From an uncultured Candidatus Saccharibacteria bacterium (GTDB lineage Bacteria > Patescibacteriota > Minisyncoccia > Phycocordibacterales > JAACPR01), in contig CAZIEY010000002.1 in assembly GCA_964538855.1 (NCBI GenBank), positions 1,709-65,708 on the forward strand: 64,000 bases of DNA, read 5' to 3'. Position numbers and translations under genes: made by a program. Below, one piece after another: positions 9,301 through 17,614 of this stretch (position 1 is the stretch's first letter; each line of letters starts with the position of its first letter). A model generated the notes under the pieces. It searched no databases. It was not told the origin of the DNA and was given only the letters and a program-made list of their open reading frames with translations.

Positions 9301-9376
9301 GGTCCACACAGAACGTTTAATCGAATCGATTTATCAGGAAACTGTCAGGGTGTATAGGGAATATGTTCCGGCATAA
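6353..9376 (+). CDS. hsdR: Type I restriction enzyme endonuclease subunit R
   Basis: DEAH-box helicase motifs (TGSGKS-like FWHTQGSGKS, VLTDEAHRTQ), 1007 aa, operon context. Confidence 0.9.
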   Translation: MNPLNENNLTEQSLIEWLQGQGYEYVYGPTIAPNQPNAEREDFRGVVLKNRLLTSVRRFNPQLPALQAEQVVDDIAGYHNADAMIGNKEMFTLITEGMKKTWQEDGIEKTEVVKLIDFENVEANDFLVTNQFTVQGVENVCRLDGVIFVNGIPLSVLELKSPVREEASIGQAYRDVEYYKKEIPKMFLYNQVLCLSDLTEARHGTISSSWERYGTWKGMNSEIDAPSSVTELEVLAKGLFDKKRLLDLVQNFIVFEADGDGDAVTYTKKMALYHQYYGVNKTIDSTVRSVGGEQDRKIGVFWHTQGSGKSLSMVFYVNKTKRIPELKSPAYVFLTDREDLDDQLFKTFSRTGYSTLAKRASSIKDLKDKLTHLGSELIFTTIQKFQDDPDANNVLSERENIIVLTDEAHRTQYSMLAGNVRQALPQASFLGVTGTPLSNHDKNTMRVFGDIVSSYKIGQAVKDKATVPIYYEGRLVPLHLADKFVDSKLDEILGEIVVDEKVKARKEWAVLEEVVGAPSRIKEIARDVVAHFNNRPINGKAMVVTMSRSIAVAMYNAIKEISGSPECAVIISGMDDFSNQIQSEHDVKKLEKRFKKINDPLRLVIVCDMWLTGFDVPNLHTMYLDKPLKNHGLMQAIARVNRVYKDKPGGLIVDYIGIAENLKKALAVYDSDVQKEAMIPLDEVIFEMKQLHGEVALYFSAVDFIGWRAKKGVELVEFFQHALNEVISENGRLSDERKMRFIGLVSKLSRLHALVMPAEPAMSITGDVRFFQSISESVSKQTFIPGIIFPEATESAIRSLVHDSVQAEGVIDLFTKAGEERKKISIFDARFADEINKTKYKNLAIDTIRRMLDEEIKVRSRVNKARYESMLTLLTELIAKYENNVISSAEIIKHLLQVAAEIKELDKESEELGLSSDEVVFYDTLTSDPELKKAGIDIKEFVKDLTKRVRRDLTIDWTNNETIKARIRQNVRLLIIQKGVSDMVHTERLIESIYQETVRVYREYVPA

Positions 9377-9384
9377 AGTTTTTA

Positions 9385-9825
9385 ATGACATTCGAACACT
9401 CACAAGATAAAATTTTCTTCGCACAACTGCTCGCCGGCGGTTCTGTTAATGTGCTCGAACAAAAATATAGCGAACTATTCGATTTTCGAAATCCGCTTAT
9501 AAAACGAAAAGAGTTCAACGCTATTCGACCAAATCTTCTAAAAAGTTTAGTCGAAAAATACGGTCATACATGTCAGCTGCATATTCACCCGGAATGTAAT
9601 TCTGACGGTGCATTGGAAGTCGATCATATTATCCCTTTATCAACCAATGTCCTGAATAAAGAAATTCGACATATGCAACGTATTCCACCTGCAAAAGTTC
9701 CAGCGCAAAGCTTTGGTTCTAACAACATAAAAAATATGGCGTTAGCTTGTCCTAGATGCAATTCTCGAAAAAAACATAGAATTCTCGCCGAACTTACAGT
9801 GAAACTTTTGCAATTGCGGTTTTAA
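9385..9825 (+). CDS. HNH endonuclease
   Basis: HIHPECNSDGALEVDHIIPLS...N...LACPRCNSRKKHR (HNH motif with zinc-binding Cys pairs). Confidence 0.7.
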   Translation: MTFEHSQDKIFFAQLLAGGSVNVLEQKYSELFDFRNPLIKRKEFNAIRPNLLKSLVEKYGHTCQLHIHPECNSDGALEVDHIIPLSTNVLNKEIRHMQRIPPAKVPAQSFGSNNIKNMALACPRCNSRKKHRILAELTVKLLQLRF

Positions 9826-9846
9826 AATACGAGGTATCATATCCCC

Positions 9847-10338
9847 ATGATCCTCTTCCTCTCCGGCTCTATCAACTCTGGCAAATCGACGGTGGCGCGA
9901 TTGTTGGTGGAACGTGTGCCTCGAACGGCGCTTGTCGAGATTGATGTGGTGCGAGACATGGTGCCGTGGATGCCGCTTGAGGACTCGATTCCTCTCAATT
10001 GGACGAATGCAATGTCGCTCATTCGCAATTTTGTCAAAGCCGACTGCAACGTCGTTGTGCCGTATCCGCTGTCGCTCGCAAATTACGAACGGGTCATGCG
10101 CGAGCTTGCCGACATCGCTGTGCAAATGCATGTGGTGACGCTTGCTCCTCGCAAAGACATTGCTCTCACAAATCGTGGCACCCGCGAGCTGGACGATTGG
10201 GAACGCGGACGCATCGAATATCACTACAACATCGGCATCAATGCGCCTGCGTTTGGTCACATCATCGACAACTCGGCTCAGACGGTGGAGGAGACGGTGG
10301 GGGAAATATTACAATTACTGCGGCTTGTAAATATATAA
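9847..10338 (+). CDS. Small P-loop NTPase (kinase/zeta-toxin-like AAA_33 fold), GC-rich
   Basis: Walker A GSINSGKST near the N-terminus. The segment is markedly GC-rich relative to its neighbours. Confidence 0.5.
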   Translation: MILFLSGSINSGKSTVARLLVERVPRTALVEIDVVRDMVPWMPLEDSIPLNWTNAMSLIRNFVKADCNVVVPYPLSLANYERVMRELADIAVQMHVVTLAPRKDIALTNRGTRELDDWERGRIEYHYNIGINAPAFGHIIDNSAQTVEETVGEILQLLRLVNI

Positions 10339-10361
10339 TGGTGTGATGATATAATGCTTAT

Positions 10362-11258
10362 ATGGAACAATTTCCCACACCCCGCAAAGAATCTGGTATA
10401 AATCGCGTTGTTGGTTTTGAGAGTGAACCACAGGCAGAGCAGATGGCAACGTCATTTTTTCGACGTAGATTCGAGCACAATCAAATAATACCGGGATATG
10501 AAATTGAACAAACTGCTGAACAGGCTGAACTCATCAATCGTATGAATGTTCAGGTAAGAGATTTTTTGAAACGGTACGGAATTGATTCGATTGATATTAC
10601 CGCACAGAATATTCATATTATAGATAAGCCTAAATTTACACCAGAAGAAATTCGTCAATTAAAAGATGGACCCGGAGATGTGGTTGGTTATCATGATCCC
10701 GAACGACAGTGCATTGTTGTAATGCAGGATTATAATGAAGATAAAGCAAAATTTTTTCGGATACTTGTGCATGAAATGTTTCATATGCAATCTTTTGTAT
10801 CGTATCAGAAAACTACTCGTGAATGTGCAGAGATTGGTTTGGCAAAGGGTGATGTGGAAGCTCAGCTTACGATGCGTCGATCAGGTTTTTCTATACGAAA
10901 AGCAGATAGTGATACAATTTTGTTTAATAAATTAAATGAGGCCATAATCACAGAGCTTGAAATTTTGTTTGTTCAAGAGTATTTATCGACCTGGCCAGAG
11001 CTCGCGGATGGTCGGCGTGTCGAGACGCTTACATATGCATACAGCAAAGAGTGTGCCCAATTGCGTGAATTAATCTCGGAATTATTTGAGAAAAATAAAG
11101 ATATATTTAATTCGTCGGATGAAGTGTTCAGAATGTTCGTCGATGCAACTATGACGGGAAGGTTGCTTCCTATAGCTCGTCTTATCGATACGACTTTTGG
11201 TGCGGGTGCATTCCGCAAGTTAGGCCAAGATACCCAGAGGGAATTAGGGAAAAAGTGA
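10362..11258 (+). CDS. Hypothetical protein with an HExxH zinc-metallopeptidase-like motif
   Basis: ILVHEMFHMQSF contains HEMFH. Confidence 0.4.
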   Translation: MEQFPTPRKESGINRVVGFESEPQAEQMATSFFRRRFEHNQIIPGYEIEQTAEQAELINRMNVQVRDFLKRYGIDSIDITAQNIHIIDKPKFTPEEIRQLKDGPGDVVGYHDPERQCIVVMQDYNEDKAKFFRILVHEMFHMQSFVSYQKTTRECAEIGLAKGDVEAQLTMRRSGFSIRKADSDTILFNKLNEAIITELEILFVQEYLSTWPELADGRRVETLTYAYSKECAQLRELISELFEKNKDIFNSSDEVFRMFVDATMTGRLLPIARLIDTTFGAGAFRKLGQDTQRELGKK

Positions 11259-11354
11259 TTATTGGCATAACACAGAAATTGTGTCTAAAAGTCGCTTCCA
11301 TCAAAAAACTATGGTAGTGTTTTTAATAGGTTCATAACCAGAAAGGAAATTCCC

Positions 11355-11621
11355 ATGCCTTTGTATATCATGATTCCGTTATGCGTGTTGGGTTTGTTCA
11401 TTATCGTGCTATTCGGCCCTTATTTATGGCTACCTACCATTATAAGTTTGATTATCGTGGTTGTCTCCGCACTCCTGTCACATTGGACAGGCATCTCATA
11501 CAATTACCTAAGTGCAGGATTCGTAGCCCTATTTATAGGGTATGTGTGGCTCTATAGACGCTGGACATTACGTGCCGGACTCCGCAAACTCAGGGAGTCC
11601 CGTGCCAGACGACGGGGGTGA
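11355..11621 (+). CDS. Small membrane protein (2-3 TM helices) with an Arg-rich C-terminus
   Basis: Hydrophobic segments. RBS-like gaaaggaaa upstream. Confidence 0.4.
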   Translation: MPLYIMIPLCVLGLFIIVLFGPYLWLPTIISLIIVVVSALLSHWTGISYNYLSAGFVALFIGYVWLYRRWTLRAGLRKLRESRARRRG

Positions 11622-11654
11622 AAACCGCGCTTCTCAGTTTCTCATCGTCACATT

Positions 11655-11700
11655 TCTGACCCACTTGTCTCCGGACAGGTGGGTCGCTTTCATTTTTACA
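11655..11700 (+). terminator. Rho-independent terminator (GACCCACTTGTC-tccg-GACAGGTGGGTC plus a T-rich tail)
   Basis: 12 bp stem with one mismatch, followed by gctttcattttta. Confidence 0.5.
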
Positions 11701-11711
11701 TAATAAAAAAA

Positions 11712-11771
11712 TTTAGAATTTCTTTAACTTTTCTTTATAAAGATTTTAGCTCGCATCAGTATAATGACACG
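11712..11771 (+). promoter_or_regulatory. Conserved promoter-like module, copy 3 (same about 45 bp element as 558-599 and 36690-36735)
   Basis: aatttagaatttctttaacttttctttataaagattttag-N10-tataATG. Confidence 0.5.
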
Positions 11772-12157
11772 ATGCGCAAGCAGGCCAATAACTTTGCTTT
11801 CATTGATGCTCAGAATTTAAATTTGGGTATTGCATATTTGGGTTGGAGATTGGATTTCGAGAAATTCCGAATATATTTATCAGAGAAATATTCAGTGAGA
11901 AAAGCTTATTTATGCATCGGATATATTCCAGGAAACGAAATTTTATACACTAGATTGCAACATATGGGATACGTATGTATTATCCAGCGACGGTGACTTC
12001 TATTGCTTAGTTGAATATCTGTTGAGAGAAAATAAGTTAGAGATGCTTTTGGTTCCAGATGAGAGAAGGTATTCTGGCCTACTCAAAAAACTGAGTCAGC
12101 CCGATAAAAATATTTTTGAATTTCTGAATCGAAAGCGACCGCAGCTCGAATTAAAAT
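11772..12157 (+). pseudogene. NYN (LabA-like/PIN-like) nuclease domain gene interrupted by an apparent +1 frameshift near 11940-11975
   Basis: Frame A carries FIDAQNLNLGIAYLGWRLDFEKFRIYL...CIGYIPGN and stops at 11996. Frame A+1 continues DTYVLSSDGDFYCLVEYLLRENKLEMLLVPDE... to 12157. Together they reconstitute a complete NYN domain. Confidence 0.5.
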
Positions 12158-12281
12158 GAAAAGGCTTTGCAAGGGACGGAACCTTTGCAAAACCTTTTCG
12201 TCGTGATGTGTTAAATATAGCAAAAATTTCACAAAAGTCAATCCAGCCATTTCAGATAAAAATAGTGCTAAAATACACAAT

Positions 12282-12752
12282 ATGAAAATCGAAACAATCG
12301 TCGAGCCAAACGAACGTATTTCTGCAATCGCGCAACGATATATGGAAATTGTGGCCGCTACATTGCCGGGCAGACACATTGAAATGGTCGGAGCTATGGC
12401 AGTGCCGATGGCTGGCCGCCCGGAATTGGATATTTTAATTATCACCGATGATATTGAAGGGGACGCTGTAACACTAGAGACAGTCGGTTTCGGATCAAGA
12501 GGTGTTGGCGATGATGCGCTGTATTTAAAACAAATGGTCGAAGGTGTCGAAGTAACCGTGCAAATTATGCGTCCTGATAATGCTTTGATTCCTATACTAC
12601 GAGGCACCGTCAAATTGTTGCGTGATGATCACGAATTACGCAATCGTTACGGAGCATTCAAGAAAACATTGTCTGGTTTGCCGCGTGATGAATATAAAAA
12701 GAAAAAAGTTGCATGGATGACAGAAAACGTGTTGCCGAGGATAGGGAGATAA
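12282..12752 (+). CDS. GrpB-family (UPF0157) nucleotidyltransferase-like protein
   Basis: HIEMVGAMAVPMAGRPELDILIITDD matches GrpB hIGSTsvpGlaAKPiIDI. Confidence 0.55.
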   Translation: MKIETIVEPNERISAIAQRYMEIVAATLPGRHIEMVGAMAVPMAGRPELDILIITDDIEGDAVTLETVGFGSRGVGDDALYLKQMVEGVEVTVQIMRPDNALIPILRGTVKLLRDDHELRNRYGAFKKTLSGLPRDEYKKKKVAWMTENVLPRIGR

Positions 12753-12773
12753 TCTTTTTGATATACTTTTACT

Positions 12774-13283
12774 ATGAAAAACATATTCATCACCGGAATT
12801 TCTGGCACCGGGAAAACCACTCTTGCGCGCATTTTGCATGACAAAGGAATACCTTCGATTAGTATTGATGAGGTCCCTGGGCTTTGCTCATGGGTGAATC
12901 GTGCGGATGGTACTACCGTAGATTATGAGGCAGTACTCGATCAAACATTCATCGATGCACATATGTGGGTGTGTGATGTCGCAAAACTCAAACGTCTTTT
13001 AGCGGAACGCGATGGATGTGTCGTGTGTGGTCACGCTGAAAATCAGACGGATTTTTTCGGTCTGTTTGATAAGGTTCTTTTATTACAATGTTCTCCTGAA
13101 AATTTCTTGAGCAGAATTATGCAACGAACCGATAATGATTTTGGTAAAGACGAGACTGCGCAGAAATATTTGCTCGATACCTACAAAGATTTCGAGGAAC
13201 ATATGCTCGCGAGTGGAGCTGTTGCAATTAACGCTGACCGGTCGATTGAAGAGGTTATTGCGAGTGTGGTTGCCGAGTTTTAA
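12774..13283 (+). CDS. P-loop NMP-kinase-like ATPase
   Basis: Walker A GISGTGKTTL at the N-terminus, about 169 aa. Confidence 0.55.
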   Translation: MKNIFITGISGTGKTTLARILHDKGIPSISIDEVPGLCSWVNRADGTTVDYEAVLDQTFIDAHMWVCDVAKLKRLLAERDGCVVCGHAENQTDFFGLFDKVLLLQCSPENFLSRIMQRTDNDFGKDETAQKYLLDTYKDFEEHMLASGAVAINADRSIEEVIASVVAEF

Positions 13284-13346
13284 AAAACTTTACGATATTA
13301 TATCCCGCTCTCTCCGCAAAAAAGACATGTTATACTATTTCAAATT

Positions 13347-13661
13347 ATGAGCACGTTACTGATCTTATTTTTAGCGGGAACCATTTTAACTATCGGTGAT
13401 TTGCTGGCAGGTAGATGGATTGTATCGAACAGTAAAAATACATATATCGCAGTATTAGTATCGTATATGATCGGCTTGAATTTTTTGGTGTGGAGTTATA
13501 AATTCGAAGATATCGCAGTGGCTTCCATCACAATGGAGATTTTTAATATTATGACGTTGACGTTGGCAGGAATCTTTTTGTTTAAAGAGAGAATTACAAA
13601 GACGGAACTTGCGGGGATATGTATTGGGCTGATCGCCGTGATAATTTTGGAAATCGCATGA
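13347..13661 (+). CDS. SMR/DMT-family 4-TM half-transporter (pair member A)
   Basis: 104 aa with four hydrophobic helices. Paralogous to the next ORF and similar in pattern to EmrE. Confidence 0.55.
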   Translation: MSTLLILFLAGTILTIGDLLAGRWIVSNSKNTYIAVLVSYMIGLNFLVWSYKFEDIAVASITMEIFNIMTLTLAGIFLFKERITKTELAGICIGLIAVIILEIA

Positions 13662-13999
13662 GAAAAAAGACGCGTAAAAACCCGCTGCTGTTGTTGCTTT
13701 CAGGAGGACTTTTTCTGACTATCGGAGATATTTTTGCTGCATGGTGGGTTAAGGGGCAATTCGGTCCTTTCTATGTTTTGATAATGCTATTCTATTTAAT
13801 GGGAATGGTGCTGTTGGTACGAAGTTACAAAACCGAAGATATTCCAGTCGCGTCCCTCATTCTCGTGATTTTCAATGTAGTGATTTTGTCCTTTGCGGGT
13901 GTTTTTCTCTTCGACGAGACTATAAACTCGCTTAAAATCTTTGGAATTTTGCTGTGCTTCGTGTCTCTATATTTGTTGGAATTTGGTAAAACAAAATAG
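13658..13999 (+). CDS. SMR/DMT-family 4-TM half-transporter (pair member B), ATGA overlap with the upstream gene
   Basis: MRKKTRKNPLLLLLSGGLFLTIGD... is paralogous to 13347-13661. Start chosen at the ATGA overlap. Confidence 0.55.
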   Translation: MRKKTRKNPLLLLLSGGLFLTIGDIFAAWWVKGQFGPFYVLIMLFYLMGMVLLVRSYKTEDIPVASLILVIFNVVILSFAGVFLFDETINSLKIFGILLCFVSLYLLEFGKTK

Positions 14000-14035
14000 T
14001 GAACATGTTACAATATTGTTTGTAACTTTATATAT

Positions 14036-14455
14036 ATGAAAATCATCAACACCATTTTAAAAGTCGTGCTCAGCCTTTTATTAATTTCACCGATTCTTGG
14101 CGTGCTCGGAGTTTTTCCAGAGCCGACCGCAGACATGTACACTAATGCCGAAGCATTCACATTCATCACTATTTTGATGAAAACGCATTACATCGTTGTG
14201 ATGGAAGCCGTCGTATTTTTGCTCGCGCTCATATCATTGTGGACGAATCGTGTCGCGCTTGCCGGACTTTTGTTGTTGCCGTTATCACTCAATATCGTAG
14301 GCTTTCACGCATTTATGGATGGAGGACTTTTCACTGCGGGTGCAATCATGGGTAATGTACTTTTGGTGCTCAACCTGTATTTCTTGTGGCAAAGCCGTGC
14401 TGAAATCATGCCGCTCATTTGCAAAAAGGACGCGGTGTCACAAACGATTGCATAG
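14036..14455 (+). CDS. Hypothetical membrane protein (4 TM)
   Basis: Hydrophobic helices, no motif recognised. Confidence 0.4.
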   Translation: MKIINTILKVVLSLLLISPILGVLGVFPEPTADMYTNAEAFTFITILMKTHYIVVMEAVVFLLALISLWTNRVALAGLLLLPLSLNIVGFHAFMDGGLFTAGAIMGNVLLVLNLYFLWQSRAEIMPLICKKDAVSQTIA

Positions 14456-14473
14456 TACAAATATTCTGTAAAA

Positions 14474-14737
14474 ATGTTTTACGTTTATATTCTCTCATGC
14501 GCCGACGACACATTATATGTCGGCTCGACCGGTGATATTGCAAAGCGTCTGCATGCGCACAATCACACAAAATCAGGAGCTCATTACACCAAAATTCGTC
14601 GACCTGTCAGACTCGCATATTCGCGTCGATTCAGAACGTATGCGCGGGCGAGGGCAACAGAGGCGGCCTTGAAACGACTGACTCGCGCAGAAAAATTAGC
14701 GTTAATTTCTAAGACGGATCTTGTAGTATCAAAATAG
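14474..14737 (+). CDS. GIY-YIG nuclease family protein (UPF0213-like)
   Basis: FYVYILSCADDTLYVGSTGDIAKRLHAHN. Confidence 0.7.
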   Translation: MFYVYILSCADDTLYVGSTGDIAKRLHAHNHTKSGAHYTKIRRPVRLAYSRRFRTYARARATEAALKRLTRAEKLALISKTDLVVSK

Positions 14738-14780
14738 TACTCACTAGAATTAGAGTGCATGTATTTGGGGGATTTGTTTT

Positions 14781-15728
14781 ATGAGATATAATTACTATAT
14801 GTCATTAGATAATCCTGAAGATCAGTCGCAATCATCACGCCGTGAAAGTATTTTTGGAAAAATACAACTCACAGTATTATTAGGCTCCATTGATAAGTTT
14901 AATATAGAACTTGCTGAAGTCCTGATGAAAAGATCATTGCTATCTGCTATAGAAGATTCAGGGCTTCGCGAAAAAGAAACTGCATTGTTACAGCAAAAGT
15001 TGCGACAATCAATGGATATTCAGACAAGCATTATAGATAGTTACAATGGTTATTTTCGTGACATAGGGTTTACACTAGTTCCGGAGACAGATTCTATTTC
15101 CATCCGTCTCGATGATGCGAAACTGTTTGTAGGATATGTGCAATATAGAGCTGCGCAACGTGCGATGCTACCCCTCGCTGAACAGGATACAAAAGAAATT
15201 CAAGATATTAAAAATTTAATAGATAGGGCTATATTTCACGCCGAGAGTACTATGCTGGAATCAGCTGATGATGCAACACTTGAATTATTAGCATATGGTC
15301 AGAATATTGTTGATGTGTATAAAACAATTTCTCCGGACGATTCATGGTCGCGGATGAATCAATTGAGTGAATATACACGTTACGCTAAATTGGGGTGCAT
15401 ACGTGAATTTATACGTGCTGAAAAATTAGGCTTACTAAAACCAATTGATATGAATGGGTATTTGCTGCGATGGCATACAGATGCGACGGCTAAAGTTTTG
15501 CAAGAACGTTGGGACGCAGTATTGGAAACTTTGCATATGATATATTTGAATGAAAATGCACGTGCCGAATTATATGAGACTGCATTGAAGAATGCGCGTA
15601 TTGCTTTGAATATTGCATTAAATGATTTGACGCGTATTGAAGCCGGTGATGCTCTCTATAAACCAGAATACGCTCGACCGTTATTGCCAGTCATACAATC
15701 AATCAAAGCACAATTGAAAGATTTTTAA
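14781..15728 (+). CDS. Hypothetical protein
   Basis: Long ORF with consistent codon usage and no recognisable motif. Confidence 0.4.
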   Translation: MRYNYYMSLDNPEDQSQSSRRESIFGKIQLTVLLGSIDKFNIELAEVLMKRSLLSAIEDSGLREKETALLQQKLRQSMDIQTSIIDSYNGYFRDIGFTLVPETDSISIRLDDAKLFVGYVQYRAAQRAMLPLAEQDTKEIQDIKNLIDRAIFHAESTMLESADDATLELLAYGQNIVDVYKTISPDDSWSRMNQLSEYTRYAKLGCIREFIRAEKLGLLKPIDMNGYLLRWHTDATAKVLQERWDAVLETLHMIYLNENARAELYETALKNARIALNIALNDLTRIEAGDALYKPEYARPLLPVIQSIKAQLKDF

Positions 15729-15762
15729 ATATGTTGGTTTCTCTATCTGATATACTATACCC

Positions 15763-16158
15763 ATGCAAACATACAACTGGTACTCTACATTGATAAAGCC
15801 GACCTGGGCGCCACCTTCATGGTTGTTTGGTCCAGTGTGGACTGTGCTCTATGTTATTATCGCGCTGTCGTTTGGTAAAGTTTTTCTCATGGTCGCCCGG
15901 CGAGAAATTCCTGCGTGGGTAGCGTTGCCATTTGTGCTCAACCTGATTTTTAATTTTGCGTTCACGCCGATTCAATTTGGTTTGCGAAATAATGTACTCG
16001 CTGCGATTGATATTTTACTCGTGCTCGGCACATTAGTGTGGGCAATATTTGCAATTTGGCCTCACGCCCGCATCGTCGCGTATGCGCAAATCCCGTACTT
16101 GCTTTGGGTGTCGTTTGCGACAGTGTTGCAATTAACAGTGATGTGGCTTAATAAATAA
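15763..16158 (+). CDS. tspO: TspO/MBR family tryptophan-rich sensory protein
   Basis: KPTWAPPSWLFGPVWTVLYVIIA signature, 5 TM, 131 aa. Confidence 0.75.
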   Translation: MQTYNWYSTLIKPTWAPPSWLFGPVWTVLYVIIALSFGKVFLMVARREIPAWVALPFVLNLIFNFAFTPIQFGLRNNVLAAIDILLVLGTLVWAIFAIWPHARIVAYAQIPYLLWVSFATVLQLTVMWLNK

Positions 16159-16159
16159 A

Positions 16160-16603
16160 ATGATTAATTTTGATTTTGTCGGATTGCTTGTGATGATTGT
16201 GGGTTTCATTATCGGACTTGGTGCCGTGACAGTTATTGATATTCACGGATTTTTGGGTAGAAAATCTGCGTATTGGACCGAAGCAACAACGCGCACTCAC
16301 AAAGTGACCAAGCCCCTCATTTGGCTCGGTATATTGCTTGCGATAATCGGAGGTGCGATGTTGTACCGTCACGAATCATTGTCTGGCATTCCGCTTTATC
16401 ACGCGATCGCGGCCTGCGTTTTGATTTTGAACGGACTTTTTCTGTCATTTCATGTGAGCCCTTTTTTATTACAACGCGAACGCGAGGGACGTCAGACCGA
16501 ACTTTTGCCAGCGTCACTACAAAATAAAATTGTCGTAAGCTTTATTATCTCAGCGACCTTGTGGTGGGGAAGTTTGGTGTTGCTTGTGTCTTATATAGTA
16601 TGA
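16160..16603 (+). CDS. Hypothetical membrane protein
   Basis: Multi-TM ORF. Confidence 0.4.
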   Translation: MINFDFVGLLVMIVGFIIGLGAVTVIDIHGFLGRKSAYWTEATTRTHKVTKPLIWLGILLAIIGGAMLYRHESLSGIPLYHAIAACVLILNGLFLSFHVSPFLLQREREGRQTELLPASLQNKIVVSFIISATLWWGSLVLLVSYIV

Positions 16604-17601
16604 TTCCGGAATTTCACGCTACAAAAATTTGCACCGAATTTGATTTGGGCCCGTACGTTTCTTCCTCTCGCATTGATCGAGGAGTGCTTAACACAAATTA
16701 TTCACTCACAACTTCCAAAGGAAAGTTTTTTATAAAATCAGTACGAGCGAAATCCGTGAAATCATTGCCCGGTATTCGTAGTGTAGAATTATTTATGAAA
16801 CAGAATAGTATTCCGGCTATTTGTATGCTCACGAATTGCACGGGCAGTGAACACGTGCTTATCGACGGCAACGCGTATACCGTGTACCCATTTGTGGAAG
16901 GTATTCATAAGGAGATATATACTGACGATGATTTTTATCGCGCGGGTGTTATGCTCGGTAAAATTCATTGTGTGACAGCAGGACTCCCTAAACCAGATAA
17001 TGTGTTAGTGACGGATTATATTCGCCCTCATGATGAAAAGTTGCGAAATATTTTATTAGAACATAAAAAACAGATTGAGGAAAAAGAAAATCGAGATACT
17101 ATCGATGAAAAGTTCTTGAAATTAATTAACGCAAAATTGGACGCACAAGGTGTAATTTCAGAGATCCATATACCAAATGATATTGTCGTGCATGGAGATT
17201 TTCATATGAGCAATATTTTTCTTGATCCTGTACATTCTGAAATTATCGGTGTATGCGATTGGGAAAAAACGGAGTTTGCACCGAGTATGTACGAGCTTGC
17301 GCGTTCAGTTCTCACTATCGCAAAATTTGGAGGAGTTGATGAACAGGAGTCGCTTCGGAGGGCAGAACGAGTGCTGTCTGGATATGCTTCGGTAAGAAAA
17401 TTCACCACGCAAGAATTTATGGATGGTTTGCACATGCGACTACGCCGTATCGCATTCTCGAAATGGCTCGAGGTGAAATATTATTGCGATCATGACAGTC
17501 GAGCTAATCATTTCATTGAATCTGACACTCGTTTGGTGGAGATGTTTACACACCAAGGATATTTTGAGAAAGTGCGGGAAATTGCACAAAGGATTTTATA
17601 A
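16600..17601 (+). CDS. Phosphotransferase (APH/choline-kinase-like) family protein
   Basis: VVHGDFHMSNIFLDP ... GVCDWE (Brenner/APH catalytic and DxE-like motifs). Start chosen at the ATGA overlap. Confidence 0.55.
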   Translation: MIPEFHATKICTEFDLGPYVSSSRIDRGVLNTNYSLTTSKGKFFIKSVRAKSVKSLPGIRSVELFMKQNSIPAICMLTNCTGSEHVLIDGNAYTVYPFVEGIHKEIYTDDDFYRAGVMLGKIHCVTAGLPKPDNVLVTDYIRPHDEKLRNILLEHKKQIEEKENRDTIDEKFLKLINAKLDAQGVISEIHIPNDIVVHGDFHMSNIFLDPVHSEIIGVCDWEKTEFAPSMYELARSVLTIAKFGGVDEQESLRRAERVLSGYASVRKFTTQEFMDGLHMRLRRIAFSKWLEVKYYCDHDSRANHFIESDTRLVEMFTHQGYFEKVREIAQRIL

Positions 17602-17614
17602 GAATTGATATAAT

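Noticed and set aside
9742-10346. Several overlapping ORFs on both strands (172, 115, 74, 70, 62 aa)
   Set aside because: The GC-rich segment yields long spurious frames. Only the frame with the Walker-A motif and proper spacing to its neighbours was kept.
12083-12613. 176-aa minus-strand ORF
   Set aside because: It overlaps the plus-strand GrpB-like gene, which has a recognisable family motif. The minus ORF is low-complexity (Ser/Thr/Ile-rich) and is likely an antisense artefact.
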